Positions 1-14,765 of a stretch of 64,000 bases of DNA are shown in pieces. How positions within the stretch are numbered: position 1 is the first letter of the stretch; every line of letters begins with the position of its first letter. A program made the translations under genes and the position numbers. The notes beneath the pieces were generated by a model. That model did not search any database. It was not told the origin of the DNA and saw only the letters and a list, made by a program, of their open reading frames with translations. The DNA comes from the human T2T-CHM13v2.0 reference genome, Homo sapiens. Location of the stretch: assembly GCF_009914755.1 (NCBI RefSeq), contig NC_060942.1; one strand, given 5' to 3'.

Positions 1-700
1 TAGTCACACCTCATTCTGCTTCACACTCCAGCCCTAAGGCATCTACTATCTACCTCTATAAGATTTGCCTATTCTGGACATTCCATATACATGAGATCAA
101 ACAATAAGTGGCCTTGTTACTGGCTCCTTTCACTTAGCATAATGTTTTCAAGGTTCATCCATGATTAAGAATGTATCAGCATTTAATTCCTTTTTATCGT
201 ATGATGCACTGAGAAGGGCTAGTAGTATCTCACATGGTATCTCACATGGTATGGATACACCACATTTTATTTATTCATTTGTCTTCTGATGGACACTTCA
301 GTTGTTTCCATTTTTGGCTATTGCAAATAATGGTTCTATGAACATGCGCATTTTCAGGTAGACATATGTTTTCAATTCATTTGTATGTAAACCCAGAAAT
401 GAAATTTCTCTATCATATGACAACTCTGTGTTTAATTACTGATGAACTAAAATGGCTGCACCATATAACATTCCCATGAGCAGTACATGAGGATTCTAAT
501 TTCTCCACATCTTCACCAACACTTGTTATTATCTGCCTTTTTATTCTGGCCATCAAAATAGATGTGTGAAGTGGTATCTCATGGTTTTGATCTGCATTTC
601 CTTAATAGCCAATGATGTTGAGTATATTTTGATGTGCTAATTGGCCACTTTTTATATCTTCTTTGGAAAAATGTCTATTAAGATTTTTCCCATTTAAAAA
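1..700 (-). mobile_element. Old L1M (L1MB/MC-like) 3' fragment
   Basis: Antisense L1 motifs tttgcctattctggacatt and cacttagcataatgttttcaaggttcatccatg. Confidence 0.75.
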
Positions 701-919
701 ATGCAGTAAAAATTTTATTGCTAACTTGCATCACAGTCCAACAAGATGCTCAGTTGGCCTTCCGTGAGAGGATCCAGGGATCCAGAAAATGTTATCCTGT
801 GGGAACTTGGAATCTCCCACTGGGTCTCCTGCAACCAGCCAGCAAATGATGAGAAAAGAGAAGTGTGGAAGACACACTCAAACCACGCCCCCCCCTCAAA
901 AAAAACAACAACAAAAAAT

Positions 920-1378
<459 letters not shown>

Positions 1379-2066
1379 CCTAAAGTCTTTGCCTCACCTA
1401 AAGTGGGGTGCCTGGCACATGCCTGGCATTCAGGAAAAGCAGCTGGTTGACAGGAAGCCTGCCAACATGGCCCCCATTTCTTTGTTCTTGGTGGTCACTC
1501 TGGTTTGGCTTATTTCTGGGGCTCCTGGACATGCCTGACCTTGGGAATTCCAAGGTCAGGAAGCACCCTGGGAAGAGGGAGTCCATCTTTGGGGTTCAGG
1601 TACACGCTGTGATGTCAAGTAACTACCCAGATGTTCCCAGACAGATTAGAAAATCCTCCAGATGTTGCTGCTCACCTGTAGTTAGTGACTGCTGGCTGTT
1701 GTGATCTCTACCTCTCCATCTAATATCACACCACTCCTCCTCCTGCAGAAGCTCTTTCTGCACTAAAGAGCTCAGAGACAGTTCCATCTTCTGAACTAAC
1801 ACCTGTGGTCCCAGACTGTCTCTCCCACACATAGGCAGCATGGCATAACTGTAATAGCTAACCTTATCAAGCACTTGCTTCATGCCAAGGATCCTACCTC
1901 ATTCATTTAATCCTCAAAAGAACCCCAGGTGTTCAATTCTCATTATTATTTGTCTTTTTGGTTCTGGCCATCATAGTACAGAAAAGGTAATTGAGGCCCA
2001 GTGAGGCAAAATGACATACTTAAGGCCACACAGGTCACAAGCCACAGAACCAGTTCACAAAATATA

Positions 2067-2420
2067 ATATTTGCCCATTTTAAAATTCCATTATCTTTTT
2101 ATTATTGATCTCTTCACATATTATAGATACTAGTCCCTTATCAGATGGATTATTTGCAAATATCCTCTCCCATTCTGTAGATTGTCTTTTTGCTTTCTTA
2201 ATTGCATCCTTTGAAACACAAAGTTTTAAATTTTGATGAAGTCTAATTTATCTATTTTTCTTTTGTCACTTGAGTTTTTGGCATCACCTAAGAAGTCTTT
2301 GCCTAACCCAAAGTCATGAAGGTTTAATCATATTTTATTCTAAAAGTTGTATAATGTTGGCTCTGACATTTAGGTCTATGGTCCATTTTGAGTTAATTCT
2401 TGTGTATAGAATGAGTGAGG
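2067..2420 (-). mobile_element. Old L1M fragment, continuing the 1-700 piece
   Basis: tttgcccatttt...cccttatcagat...tttgcaaatat...ccattttgagttaatt. Confidence 0.75.
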
Positions 2421-3093
2421 GGTGACAAATAATTACTGAACACCTATTATACACCAGACACTGTGCTGGATACAAACAACTCAGTGACAATGACACAAGA
2501 CCATTTTTCACTTTCATGCCCTCTTTGAAGAAGCATAACACCTGGAATGTTTTCCTGCCTGAATCTCTCCTTTGAAAAATATTACCCAGCTCAAATTTCA
2601 ACTCCTTTCAATGAAGACTGCCACAGTACCTCCCCTTCTTCCTAAAAGTTTTTCTCTCTCACTTTCTCTTCTGACAACCCACAAGTTTGGTTCTGTAGCT
2701 TTTATAAAATTGGTTATATGTTGAATTGTATTTTAGTTGTGTATCTGTTTTAACTATCCTGTAAGTAGGTACTATGCCTTCTTCATTTTTACCTCTTATA
2801 CCATGGTAAAGTAATGTAAAACAAAAGTTTTAATAATATTCTGATTGCTGTTATCATCACTAGAATAAATGCATGAAAAGTTGACCCCCAAAAGCAATTG
2901 TCAAAAGTGACAACATGTGAAAGGAGCTGTTTTAAGAGTAACAAATTTCAGCTTTTCAAACTTCTTGGATATGACAGCATACCTACTAAGATAACTGTTC
3001 CCATGTTATGTAAGTGTTAAATTACCTACCCCAGCCTTTAAATCTTCCAGAAAAATCTTTAAGGGACATTTCCATCAAGAACTAATACCATTA

Positions 3094-3515
3094 TTCTACT
3101 CTCTGTCTTCATGAGTTCAGTTGTATTAATTTTTAGCTCCCATAAATAAGTAAGAACGTGTGATGTTTGTTTGTTTGTGCCTGGCTTGTTTCACTTAACA
3201 AGAAGGATGGTTACCAGAGGCTGCGAAGGGTAGTTGGGGCAGGGAGGGGATGATTAAGGAGTAAAAAAATATAGTTGGATAGAATCAAGAAGATCTAGTA
3301 TTTGATAATAGCACAACAGGGTGATTACAGCTAACAATAATTTATTGTACATTTTGAAATAACTAAAAGAGCATAATTGGATTGTTTGTAACACAAAGAA
3401 AGGATAAATGGTTACCCCATTCATCCTGATATTACTCATTGTACGTGGGTATTAAAATATCTCATGTACCCTATAAATATATACATCTACTATCTACCCA
3501 TAAAAATTTAAAAAA
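3094..3515 (+). mobile_element. L1MA 3' end with 5' inversion (twin priming)
   Basis: 3094-3200 antisense and 3201-3515 sense L1MA 3'UTR; flanking repeat ctaataccatta on both sides. Confidence 0.85.
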
Positions 3516-4072
3516 GAATACTCTAATACCATTATATACAAACAATATGTATGTATATCTTTGTATTATTTATGTACGTGTGTGTACAAAGGGGCATTTT
3601 AACACTAGCTCAGTAAAGGCACAAACATTGTACAAAACAATTGACTGAAGATAGTTTTCAATATTATTTATCCATCAACTATTGAGTCAAATGAATTTGA
3701 GATCTAAGTTAAAGAGTAAACACCACACAGAATCTTAATAATAGAACAACCTAAAAAGGATGGGGTGGAAAATAGAAACATCTCTGAATTTAAATTTTGT
3801 CATATGAAAATCAGATCAGAATATCCTATAATACATTTCTGAAGAAACTAAATGTCTGAAAGCAGATTTAAAAGTTTGTAAACAAGGTCTAAAAGATTAT
3901 TAATAAAAGCTATGAAGTCAAAAGGTCAGCCAGTGATATAGTCCAGAGTTAACGGTATCTTAGAATTCCATATAGAATGATAATAATAAGTGATCATGAC
4001 TTGATGAAAATAAATTTCATATGGATGGCTTTTACTCTTTAGAAAGTTACAGTTTAGAAGCAAGCTATCTGT

Positions 4073-4188
4073 AGGGCACAGTGGCTCATGCCTGTAATCC
4101 TAGCACCTTGGGAAGACAAGGCAGGACAATCACTTGAGGCCAGGAGTTCAAGAGCAGCCTGGGCAATATAGTGAGACCCAATCTCTAC
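4073..4188 (+). mobile_element. Alu left monomer (FLAM/AluJ-like)
   Basis: cagtggctcatgcctgtaatcctagcac...gagacccaatctctac, with no right arm. Confidence 0.85.
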
Positions 4189-5031
4189 ATTTTGGAGTTA
4201 GGTGGTAGAGTCAGTCCTACAGAAAGATTCAAAGTTATTTGATGACCACAGGGCAATATAATTTGGTTCCTTATGGTTGCAACTAGAATAAAAGTTAAAT
4301 TGTTAGGAACTAGGGAAACAAAGCTTATATGGTACAGTAACAATATTCCTCATTGGTTATAAATATTCATATGGTTATAGCTTAAAAAGCATTCATAACT
4401 GATTTATTATCTTTGTTTCATTTTCTATATTCAGGTTCCATATTTGGTTATATATGACCAAACTTCTCTGAAAGTTCAGTTCATTTTTATTAAAAAAAAA
4501 TCTGTTGAAAGATTCTCCTTTAACAATTCTCTCCTGTCCCTGTTAGTCACTGAATTAAATTGTATGTAATCCTGATCATACAAACACCAAAGCAAAGCCA
4601 AGTCAATGGAACTTTATTTGCTTTCTTAAACTCCCTTACTGCCCCTGTAGTGGCATTCTCTCCCCCCACAGGCTTGAGTACAATTTTTGTTTTATTTCCC
4701 CTTAAACAGCCAGGGCAGTTTCCTCATTATCTGGAACTCAGTTGAAGGTTTCAGGTTTCCCTAGAGATGTTCAGACCAACATAGTTGCACTAAAGTACTA
4801 ATACTAATGTTTTTGGAACTTGCGATTTGCTTTCTATGTTGTTACTCAACTGATTTGTGAATTATACAGTATAATGAGGATAAACATTTTCTTAATAAAC
4901 TTAGAAATCTCTAGGTAGACTGAAAGTACTCTATGTACTACAGTGAGAAGAAAAACATGTCCTTATTTTTAAGTACTTATTCAAACTCTGCTAATACAGT
5001 ACATTCAGTCTTGGTGTAGAAAGTACACGTC

Positions 5032-5061
5032 GTGAGACTCTGTCTCAAAAAAAAAAAAAAA
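5032..5061 (+). mobile_element. Extremely 5'-truncated Alu (15 nt plus poly-A)
   Basis: gtgagactctgtctc plus A-run, between aaagtacacgtc (5020-5031) and aaagtacacatc (5062-5073). Confidence 0.85.
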
Positions 5062-6697
5062 AAAGTACACATCTAGGAATCCACTGCTGCATTAAGACCT
5101 TCTCATTTTCCTTTTTCATCTTTTACCAACAAGTGGTTTAAAGCATTAGTCCAGGACACAGAATTTTATGTGGTTACTGGCAAAGGTACTTAAGTAAAAC
5201 TTCTGTGAAAGAAAAGGAAGGAACATGTTCATTTTCCCAGTTAATGACTAATGTAAAAGAGAAAATGGTTTCAAATGTGTAAATCACTTATACAACAGTG
5301 TTTTGAGCAATGGGAATGACCAACAAAACATTGAAGTATCATGAAAGAACATACAACGGTGCTTATTTTTAAGGTTACTGCTGTTTGTTTAATCACCTTT
5401 CAGGTCTCTATCAGGAGTGATTCACAGTCATCTCTCCTACTGAATCAGTGCTAACCATTCTCTTCAATTAAATCTGAGAAAAGGCAGCAAAATTCAAGTT
5501 CATAAACCCATTTGGAAAATGTTGTGATTTACAAAGTCTCATACACATAAATGTTAAGAAAAAAAAAAAAAAGGATTGTCAATGACAGATTCCAAATGGA
5601 ATTTTCCCACTATTTCTAGAAGCAGATGCTTTAAGAAATTCATTTTTACTTAGTGAAAATTTTATACAAGAAGAAAATATTCAATCAGTGACTCTAAAAT
5701 CTGTAAACTTCAGTAGCAGAATTCACAGGACTGTTACAAATTCAAATTGTCCTATCATGGCATAATTACCTCCATGATTGGCAAATACCAGTAAATATGA
5801 CCTATTTCCTCAAATATTAATTTTATAGATCTCTGATTAAAGAAGAATGCTACTAAGGCAACATCAGAACTTCAGAACTATACATATTCAACACATTTTT
5901 GTGGAGTAAATGGCACAGGAATACTACATAAATCAAATAATAATTGCTTATAAATAACAAAACATTTGCAGATGACCCAAATTCAAGTTTTTGGTAAACC
6001 CAACTCCCCATTGCCACCCTGGCCCCGATAGGGTTTCTAAACAGTTACTAGATATATTTTTCTTATCACAGGTATGGCAAGTGTAGAATTAAGCGAGCTG
6101 TTATGCTAATTAAAAAATTAGAACATTCAACTTAACAGGAAAATCTTAAAAGATACATTTTGGAATTATAAACTTAATACCTTAAGGGGATGACAGATTG
6201 TGACATCACATACCCACACACACACGAGAAAAAACTAGCACCAGTCAGGCTGTGGCTGCACACAGCTATCTTTGTTTATCATTGACTGATATCTGGACTG
6301 GGTACTGTTCCCACAGTCTCATATCAGTACAACCATTTAGAAATGAAACAAACCACAGGAAAGAAGCAAGGCAACTCTACAGCTGTCTGGTATGCATCAT
6401 CACTGCAAACTCAGAACTAAAGAGTTCTCTAATAAAGTTTCTAAATACCAATCCACTATGTTGTTGTCTGGAGATTTAGAGCTGTCCTTATTAGAACTTG
6501 ATGAACTTCTCCTGTGGTTAATGGCAAGATAATTTTTAGCATCTTCATCAAAGCCATATTCCAAAATGTAAGAAATGTCACAGGTAGTCACACTACTTTA
6601 AGAAAATTTATAACACATTCTCTTTCCTATTATTATATTATGCTCACCCCTGTGCTGTTTCTATTCTATTCCATCAGCATCCTCTAAGGTCAGGTGA

Positions 6698-7108
6698 TGT
6701 CTTAGTGCATTTTCTGTCGGTTAGAACAGAATACCTGAAACTAGGTAATTTATAAAGAAAAAGGAATTTATACAGTTATGGAGGCTGGGAAGGCCATGGT
6801 CAAGGAGATGCAGCTGGTGAGAACCTTCTTGCTAGTGGTGACTCTCTGTGGCATCCCAAGATGATGCAGGGTATCACACAGTGCATGCTAACATGCTAGC
6901 TCAAGTCTCTCTTCCTCTTCTTATAAAGCTACTAGTTCCCCTCCTATGCTAACCTATTAATCCATTAACTCACTAATCTATTGATCCATGAATTCATTAA
7001 TCCATTTATAAGGGATCCAATCACCTATTCAAGGTCCCACTTCTCAATACTGCCACACTGGGGATTAAGTTTCAACATGAGTTTTGGATGGCACATTCAA
7101 CCGTAGCA
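6698..7108 (-). mobile_element. MST-family (ERVL-MaLR) solo LTR
   Basis: tgtcttagt start; ggggattaagtttcaacatgagttttgg...tagca end. Confidence 0.8.
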
Positions 7109-7805
7109 GTTGGTAATAAACTCTTCGTCATTAAGGTGGATGGAACAAAGGCCACATGTTACTGCTGCTCTCTTCTGACCATGTCTGGTAAGACTGGAGT
7201 CACACCCTGATGAGAGCAGAGCCAATTAGATTCTCTTTCTCAGGAATTGAGAATGAGGACTTTAAGACTTTAAGACAGCTAAAGGCACTGCACTCACAAG
7301 GTTGGAGGGAAGAAGAGGAAGGGCTGGGGTTGCTATTTTAGGTCCAAGTAAGCAAACAGATAAACCTGGATGGTAGAAAGCAGCAGCAGAATAAAGCAGA
7401 AGCAAAAGGAAGCAGAGACCAGAAACGAAATGACCCCCAAAACAGGACCCAATGGCTTTTCAATTTTAGGTTCCAGATCTCTGGGAAATCCAGGTGTACT
7501 TGCTCCCCTTAAGTTCAATAAGGAATCTTTGCATACTTCCTATAAAATCATCCCTGCTTTTGTTTTTGTGTTATTAGCTTGAGTGGGTTTCTCAACTCAG
7601 ATATAAAGATTCTTAATTATGTACAAATTATTGGTTTAAGGTTGATTTTCTTCAACCACTTGTTAACAATCATTTACAACTTGTTCCCTTGATTTGAGAC
7701 ATCACTCTTCTATTTGCATATTAGAGGTTTCTTGGGCAGCAAAGATTTTCAGCACAGTAAAATCTTGAGAAGAGAGGGGTAATGCTATTATAAATTTTAC
7801 AATGA

Positions 7806-8113
<308 letters not shown>

Positions 8114-8155
8114 TGAAAGGAAAATTTTTTATTGATGAATAAGGTAACTACTTAC

Positions 8156-8258
8156 ATAATCTGGTAGAGGAACATCATTAGAACTCAGCGAACCTCTCAA
8201 GGACTGTGTGGCTTGTTCCAGAACTTTGTTGTGTTTTTTAGACAGCAAAGAAAATAAA
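8156..8258 (-). CDS. DYM: DYM coding exon, 103 nt (phase 2 to phase 0)
   Basis: Minus strand gtttgtttttccag|T TTA TTT TCT...GAT TAT|gtaagt; translates [34 protein letters not shown], recognised as dymeclin (follows ...AAQRIIS, precedes AQDLNVIEE...). Confidence 0.96.
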
Positions 8259-8739
8259 CTGGAAAAACAAACAAAAAACCAATTATATTAAAGGAACTGT
8301 TTTCTTTTCTGTCTTCTGTGGAAATATATAGTTCCACAGCATGTCAATTATTCTAAAATATACTTGTAAATGATTCTTTCTTCATGCCTGTGTTAACAGC
8401 AAGATTAATAATAGTATTTATGTAAGAAAAAAGGAGTGGGGAGGATGTTTAAATCATAAGAATTCTAAAAAATTTTTTAATGACAGTTTAAAATTATGTT
8501 TCAAACACAGGAGCATTTTTCATAAGATTACTATAGGGAAAAGAATAGTGGCAAAAACCTGCGATGTAGACTATGACTAACTCATAGTGCAATCTACTAC
8601 AAGTCACTTGAGCTTGTGTATTTTCTCATCTTCTGAAAAAGTGTGTTGGACAAGATTATTTCTCTACTGTCATACAGAGTCTATGGTTCTGTATTATAGC
8701 TTTATTTCTCAAAAATAATGATTCAAAATGTTTTATAAG

Positions 8740-9740
8740 ATTTCTGCTTCTGGCCATGACAGATTAACTGATACTGGACTAACTCTCCTGCTATCACTAA
8801 CTGAAAACTAAAAAAAAAAAATGACACAACTGTTTTCAGATGTAACACAACATGTGAAGTAAAGGATTATAATCCCTAACAAAAGGGAGATGAAGATGAG
8901 CCCCATAATGGTGAGCTTCTGTCTCGAGGAACATTGCAGACTATGGTCCAGGAAGGTGGGACCCAAAGAGTACACAGCAGTGTTGTGCTGAGCTAAGGCA
9001 GAGAGAGGAATTTAACACTGCTGTGGCAACTGCATTTTGCAAGGTGGAATACTAGAGAGGAGAGAATTTCCAGAAAGCAGGTCCAGAAATCCAAGTGTCT
9101 TCTTGAATGTTTGTATAAATGTTAAGCTGTAATGTGCAGAGCAAGACTCCACAAGGTGTGGCAGTAAACAACTACCCAGGAGCTGTAAATTAAACAGAGA
9201 TTTTGGGGACCATAACAGACTGAGGGATATTGGAGCTCCAACCAGCCAGAAGATAAAAATCAATGAACATGAACATTTAGTTGAATGCTTAGAAAGGCCA
9301 TGCTTTAGGAGTCAGACTATTCTATTCTAGAGTGCAAATTACTTTATTCTAAGAGGCACCCTAATAGAGCAAAACAAACAATCTTCAAAGAATACAGTTG
9401 ATTTACATTAAATATAAATGCACTAAACACTCCAGTTAAATGTCAGAGATTTTCAGACTGGATAAAAAAGCGAGACCCAACCATGTGCAGTTTAAAAGAG
9501 ACACATTTGTAAATTTAAAGATACAGACAAGTTAACAAAAGGATACAAAAAAGACATACTATAAAAACATTAATCATAAGGAAGTTGGAATGGCCATGTT
9601 AATTTCCGACAAAGTAGGCTTAAGAACAATATTATTATTACTAGAGATAAAGAGGGAGATTTTATAATGATGAAAGCCAGTTTACCATGAAAACATAACA
9701 ATCCTAAATACTTATGTGCCTAATAAAAGAACTTCAGAGG
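8740..9740 (+). mobile_element. Old L1M 5' region plus degenerate ORF2 endonuclease start
   Basis: ttacattaaatataaatgcactaaacactccagttaaa...gactggataaaaaag at about 9400-9740. Confidence 0.65.
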
Positions 9741-11458
9741 TATGTATTATAATTATATGATCCCAATATTAAATTTATTGTATCAAATAAAGAAAGGATT
9801 CTTCTTTGGGATAGATGGCAGCTTAAAAACAAAGGCAATTCTGATTCCATGTACTTCCCATAAAAATCTGAAGTATGGCCTTTAGTATTTTTTTATGCCA
9901 AAACTTCACTGTAGTATTTAGTAATCCCCTTACAAATAAAATATTTAAATATCAATTTAGGAAAATCTGTAATTATTTCAGATGGTTTAAAAAGGATATC
10001 CATTGAAGACAGGGCCACTAAGTAGTCTTTCTAGATTAAGTTTCAACTCATATCATCAAGGAAAAAAATTCCTTAACATTTATTGGTAATGTTAGATGTT
10101 GTACAAAACAAACATAACAGAGGCAATGAATATTATTTACATTTATACTTAAATAAAGTGGGAAGAAAAATAATTACATGAAGTAATTACTGAATGAATA
10201 AGTATGAAATTTTATGATACTGGTTACATGCTGAGGATATATCTGAACGAACGATTTCTTTGAAATGAAACACTTCTGAAATGAAATACTCCAGTGAAGT
10301 TTCATGAAGGTCACCTTAGGCCCTACCCAATGTCTTGAAAAAGAAGAAAGAGTTATCTGTGCAAGAGAGAATAAAAGCCACTTCCAAATAGAAGGCAAAG
10401 CACAGAGGCAAAAGTAGGAGAGAGCAAGAAAATTGGAATGGAGGTACTATACAAGAAGTAGAAAACAGAATTCAGTACATAAGAGCACACACACTTTTTT
10501 CCAATCATTTTATTTTTCTGGGTCTTCTCCATTTGAGGTTTAGTTTTGCTTTATCTTTCCTTTTTAAGGTTAACAGTAAACACCATACTTTCCACTCATC
10601 GTTATTCTCATGACCCACTGATAACTAATATTAAGTTTATTGTGTATGATTCCAGAAACCTTATATGCATTAATGCATGTAAACAAATGCATACTGTATA
10701 CATATATATCCATCTTTGTTATTCCATGAAATATATACTATGCTGTACCTTTCACTTTGTCTATCTAACAATATATTCCTTCATTCATTCAACAAACACA
10801 TGAGTGTTTACTGTTACTTGATATCAAAGGATATGGATATACCGTAATTTATTTAGTCCATTATTAATCACTCACTGCAATTGTTTCCAAATTTTTATAT
10901 TATAAACAGCATTGAAATGAACACCCTTGTAAATAAGTTTTAGCATGCCTGAGTGAGACTATCTTTTGGATAAATTGCCTGAAGCAAAACTGCTGAGTAA
11001 GAGTAACTGAACATAATACTGAACTGCATTAGGGGGTCCATATTTTCGAGTATGTAAATTATTTTGCAGGAGATGCAAAAAAAAAAAGGTAAAAAAATTG
11101 GGATTGTTTATAAGACATGTTTACATGGAAATGCATACAGAAGGAAATCAGTAATACGCTTCTAATTAGTTGCAGTATATTTTCTGGAATAAATGGAATT
11201 TCAGAAATTTTTTGAGGCTAAAAGAACTTTGGGTAGTCAATTCTTGCACAAGGTGTGGCAAGACTCAAAAACATAAATTGGCTACCCAAACAAAAAAAGA
11301 AAAGCAATAAATATGCCTGAAAGAAGTGAGCTTCTTGGTGTTAGGAAGAAGAAATGGAACAAGTGAAGCACAGCAGCATACTTTGCTTAGTTGAAGAAAA
11401 AATAAGAACTCAGGAGGTGCTTCCTGAGTTTAGCAAACCTGGGATGTTCATTCTCACA

Positions 11459-11462
<4 letters not shown>

Positions 11463-11504
<42 letters not shown>
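11463..11504. repeat. (GT)18(GC)3 microsatellite
   Basis: Directly visible. Confidence 0.97.
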
Positions 11505-12299
11505 CTGTGTCCCCTATTAGTGCACTATCAGAGAACAATAGAGGTGATCTATAGTAACTCTCATTATCAATTTAAGAAAATTATTAAACAGTCCTAGGGA
11601 CCAGAGCAAAAAACACTTGAAACTGTTTCTTTTAGAGAAGAAAGGCTAGTTTGTTTGTTTACTGATTTTAAAAGAGAGTATGAACACTCTGTTTTGCTTG
11701 CTAGTAGGACACCAAACAAGGAAGTGAGCTTCAATTCAAACATGAGATATTTTGGTTGAGCATAATGGAAAATTTTACTACTAAGGACACAAATGTTGAA
11801 ATGGTATACCCCAAGAAGCTGTGGATACTGCTTCTAGCTATCTTTAAGAAATTCTCTGTAAGAATAGATCATTTGAGGTCACATTCAGCTCTCCATCGAA
11901 GAGAAACAGAGAATGCACACTTCCTTTGTTACTATCATACAATTTAACAGGCATTTTACTAAAATCTTATAGCAAGTACTTTCAAAGTTTTATTTAAACA
12001 TTATAATTTTGGCTTTTATTTAACATTTTTAAGGCAAAATGTATACGAGACATGACTTGCAAACTGCTTAGTGAAAAGAGTAACTTTTGCTTAAAGCTTT
12101 GCATTCAACGTACTTACCCCCAGCTTAATGCTAATCAGAATAAGGAATAAAGATATATGATGTTTGTATGTAAATGGATAAATTTGATTTTAAAAATCAG
12201 TCTTAAAAATAAAAATGATCTTTAAGTTAGCTTAATATTCACTTAGCTGGGATCTATTTGCTAGAATACTTTTTTAAAATTTGAAAAAGACTAGTTTTT

Positions 12300-12830
12300 C
12301 TTTTTGCATAAGAATGTTCATTACAAATTTAAAAAATGAAAACAGCCAAAACACTAATCAAGAACAGAATGGGTAAATAAACTGTGGGATAGTTATACAA
12401 GGAAATATTATACAGCAATTTAAAATTATCTAATGCTACATGTATGAATATGAATAAATCTCAAAAACAATGTTGAGTAAAAAAATAAGCAGGAATCCTT
12501 AGAAAATATGAACAAGCTGATTTTATGTTTTTAAAATGAAAAACAATATTACACATCATTTACAGATAAAATATATTAATAACATCAAATATATATGGAA
12601 ATGATAAATCCTACACTTAGGATAGCCACTGTTCTCTGAGGAAGGAGGAAAAAGGGAGTCCAGCTCTCACATGAGTACTCCCTCTCTCTCTCTCTATATA
12701 TATATGGACACATATACAGTATATATAAAATGTTCTTAGGTAACACTGGATACATACATGAGAGAGTGGTATATTGCTCTATTTTTTGTGTATGCAGGAA
12801 GTATTATATAACGTTTTAAAAATCTGATAA
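12300..12830 (+). mobile_element. L1ME-like 3' fragment
   Basis: gaatgggtaaataaactgtgg...aaatctcaaaaacaatgttgagtaa. Confidence 0.55.
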
Positions 12831-14554
12831 AAAGAACATGCTATCTTGAAGAAAACAGAGCCCCTGCCAATGACAGCATTTCACAAAAGAAAGCAGCATG
12901 TAAACAGAATAAGTGTGGTCAGTCCAAACGGGAACACGCTGAGAAAATCACAAGCTGGTGGAAATGGCTGTAGTGTAGGGTACACAGATGGTGGCAGGAG
13001 ATGACACCAGAATGAAGACAGTTTGAAGCCAGACTGTGAAGGGCCGCTTTATGGCACATCAAAAGCCCTGGACTTTTATTCTATTCGGAGTGAGAAGCTA
13101 ATTCTTACAAAATAATGAAAGAGACATGGCTCCCCGCCCCCAAGGAACTCAAGTCTACTGGGATGAGAAAAAAAAATTTTTTACAATACTGAAATCAGAG
13201 AATTCCATGGGTCTGAAGAGAGCGCTGTGGGAGAACAGGGGGAAGATTAGGTGCATTCCACAGAGGAAATCTATCTTGACTGTGGCCTTGAAGGTTAGAG
13301 GACTTGCTATTTGGAAAAGCAAACGGGGAGGAAGAGTAATTCAGAAGGGGGAAAGTGTTTAGAAAGGCACTGGGAGATTTCAAGGAAATACCCATAACTT
13401 ATAAGGCAAGAATAGAGAAAACTCACAGGGGTGAGAAGTGGCAAGAAATGAAGCCGGTAAGACAAGAGGGGCCAAATAAGAAGGCCACATGGACCATGCT
13501 AAGAGGTCTGCATTTCATCTTGCTCAGCCATTGAGACAGACAGTGAGTCAAATATTTACCCAGCGCCTAGTATGTGCCAGGCAATGTGAAAGCAAAAGCA
13601 ACACAGTTTCTGTCCTGCCTCCCCAGAGGGCGCAGTCAGGTGAGAAAGGACGTGCCTAAATAGACTGGAGGTGAACATGGAATGTTAGGGGAACACAGGT
13701 GAGGACTGCTCAACTGCACCTGAAGGGAGAAAGAGGCAATCACTTTGGGAGATGATGCCTGCACTGCTTCTTAAGAAACAATTAGGAGTCAGCTGAGCAA
13801 ATCAGGCAATCACAAAGGTGAGTTGGGCAGAGAAATACGAGTCCTGTGGGTGGGGGAAACAGCACTGCACGTGCATCAAGTGTTGAGTACACAGCAGAGC
13901 ACAGCAATGAGGCTGGGTAGCAGTGAGGATGGCTTATCAACTGCCTCATGTCTCTCTCAGACCTTGGACTTCATCCTGAAAGCCAGACGTGTTCTATGAA
14001 AGCAGGACTACAATATGAGAAAGTGATCAACGCAAAACTGCTGTGTTTGGTATTGAGGTGTGAGGTGGGAGGCAGGGCTCAGCAGTAAGGATGGCAGATT
14101 ACTCCTTGTGCCTCTATGTCCTAAGCCTCCTCCCTATGCCCTGCCATCTATGGTGGCCACAGAGTCTCTACCATGGAACTTCAGAGCTCCTAGAACCGAA
14201 GGTTGAAAACCACTGACCTGAGCAATGTGGGCCAAGTGTATAAAATTCTACTTGTTTTAGAAAGACTCCTCTGCTCCTGGAGAAAAGGATGGACAGGAGA
14301 TGACAAGTGAACAAGACTAGAAACAGAACCTTTAGGAAACGTCCATATTATCCAAATAAAGAGATGAGGAGGCCTTAAAGCAAATGGGAGCTATGTGGAA
14401 GGCAGAGACAGCATGGAGCGGGAAAGAAGGGAATCAGGGCTGACTGAGGTCTCTAACTTGGGAAACACAGTGGCTAGCTGATAAGGTGACTGACATGCTA
14501 GGAATACAACAAGTTGAAAGGGAGGGAGAGCGCTCAGGAAGAAAAAGAAATTAA

Positions 14555-14765
14555 TAACAGTAGCAGCAGTTATGAGTTATATATCAGGTGCTGTCCATCT
14601 AACAACCATGTGAGGTAGGTCCTACCATTATCCATTCTCCCTCCCCCTTTTATAAATAGATGATGGAATTGAACCAGAGAGAGTAATTTGCCCAGGCACA
14701 CAGCTAAGTGGTGGAGTCAGGAGTCAATGCTAGCATTGCTGGCTCTAGAATCTGTGCTCTTAACA
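14555..14765. mobile_element. MIR
   Basis: aacaaccatgtgaggtagg...gtaatttgcccaggcacacagctaagtg. Confidence 0.7.

Noticed and set aside
10261-10292. Tandem tgaaatgaaa resembling an ISRE
   Set aside because: Simply a 16-bp duplication; the motif is common in AT-rich DNA
10227-10380. Two good-looking minus-strand acceptors (10356 and 10333)
   Set aside because: Only weak donors follow and the peptide is not dymeclin-like
12110-12145. Possible 13-nt microexon before ggg|gtaagt
   Set aside because: Poor pyrimidine tract and frame-shifting length
13615-13637. Second CTCF-like motif (ccccagagggcgc)
   Set aside because: Mismatches in the 5' core and it lies in L2-like sequence
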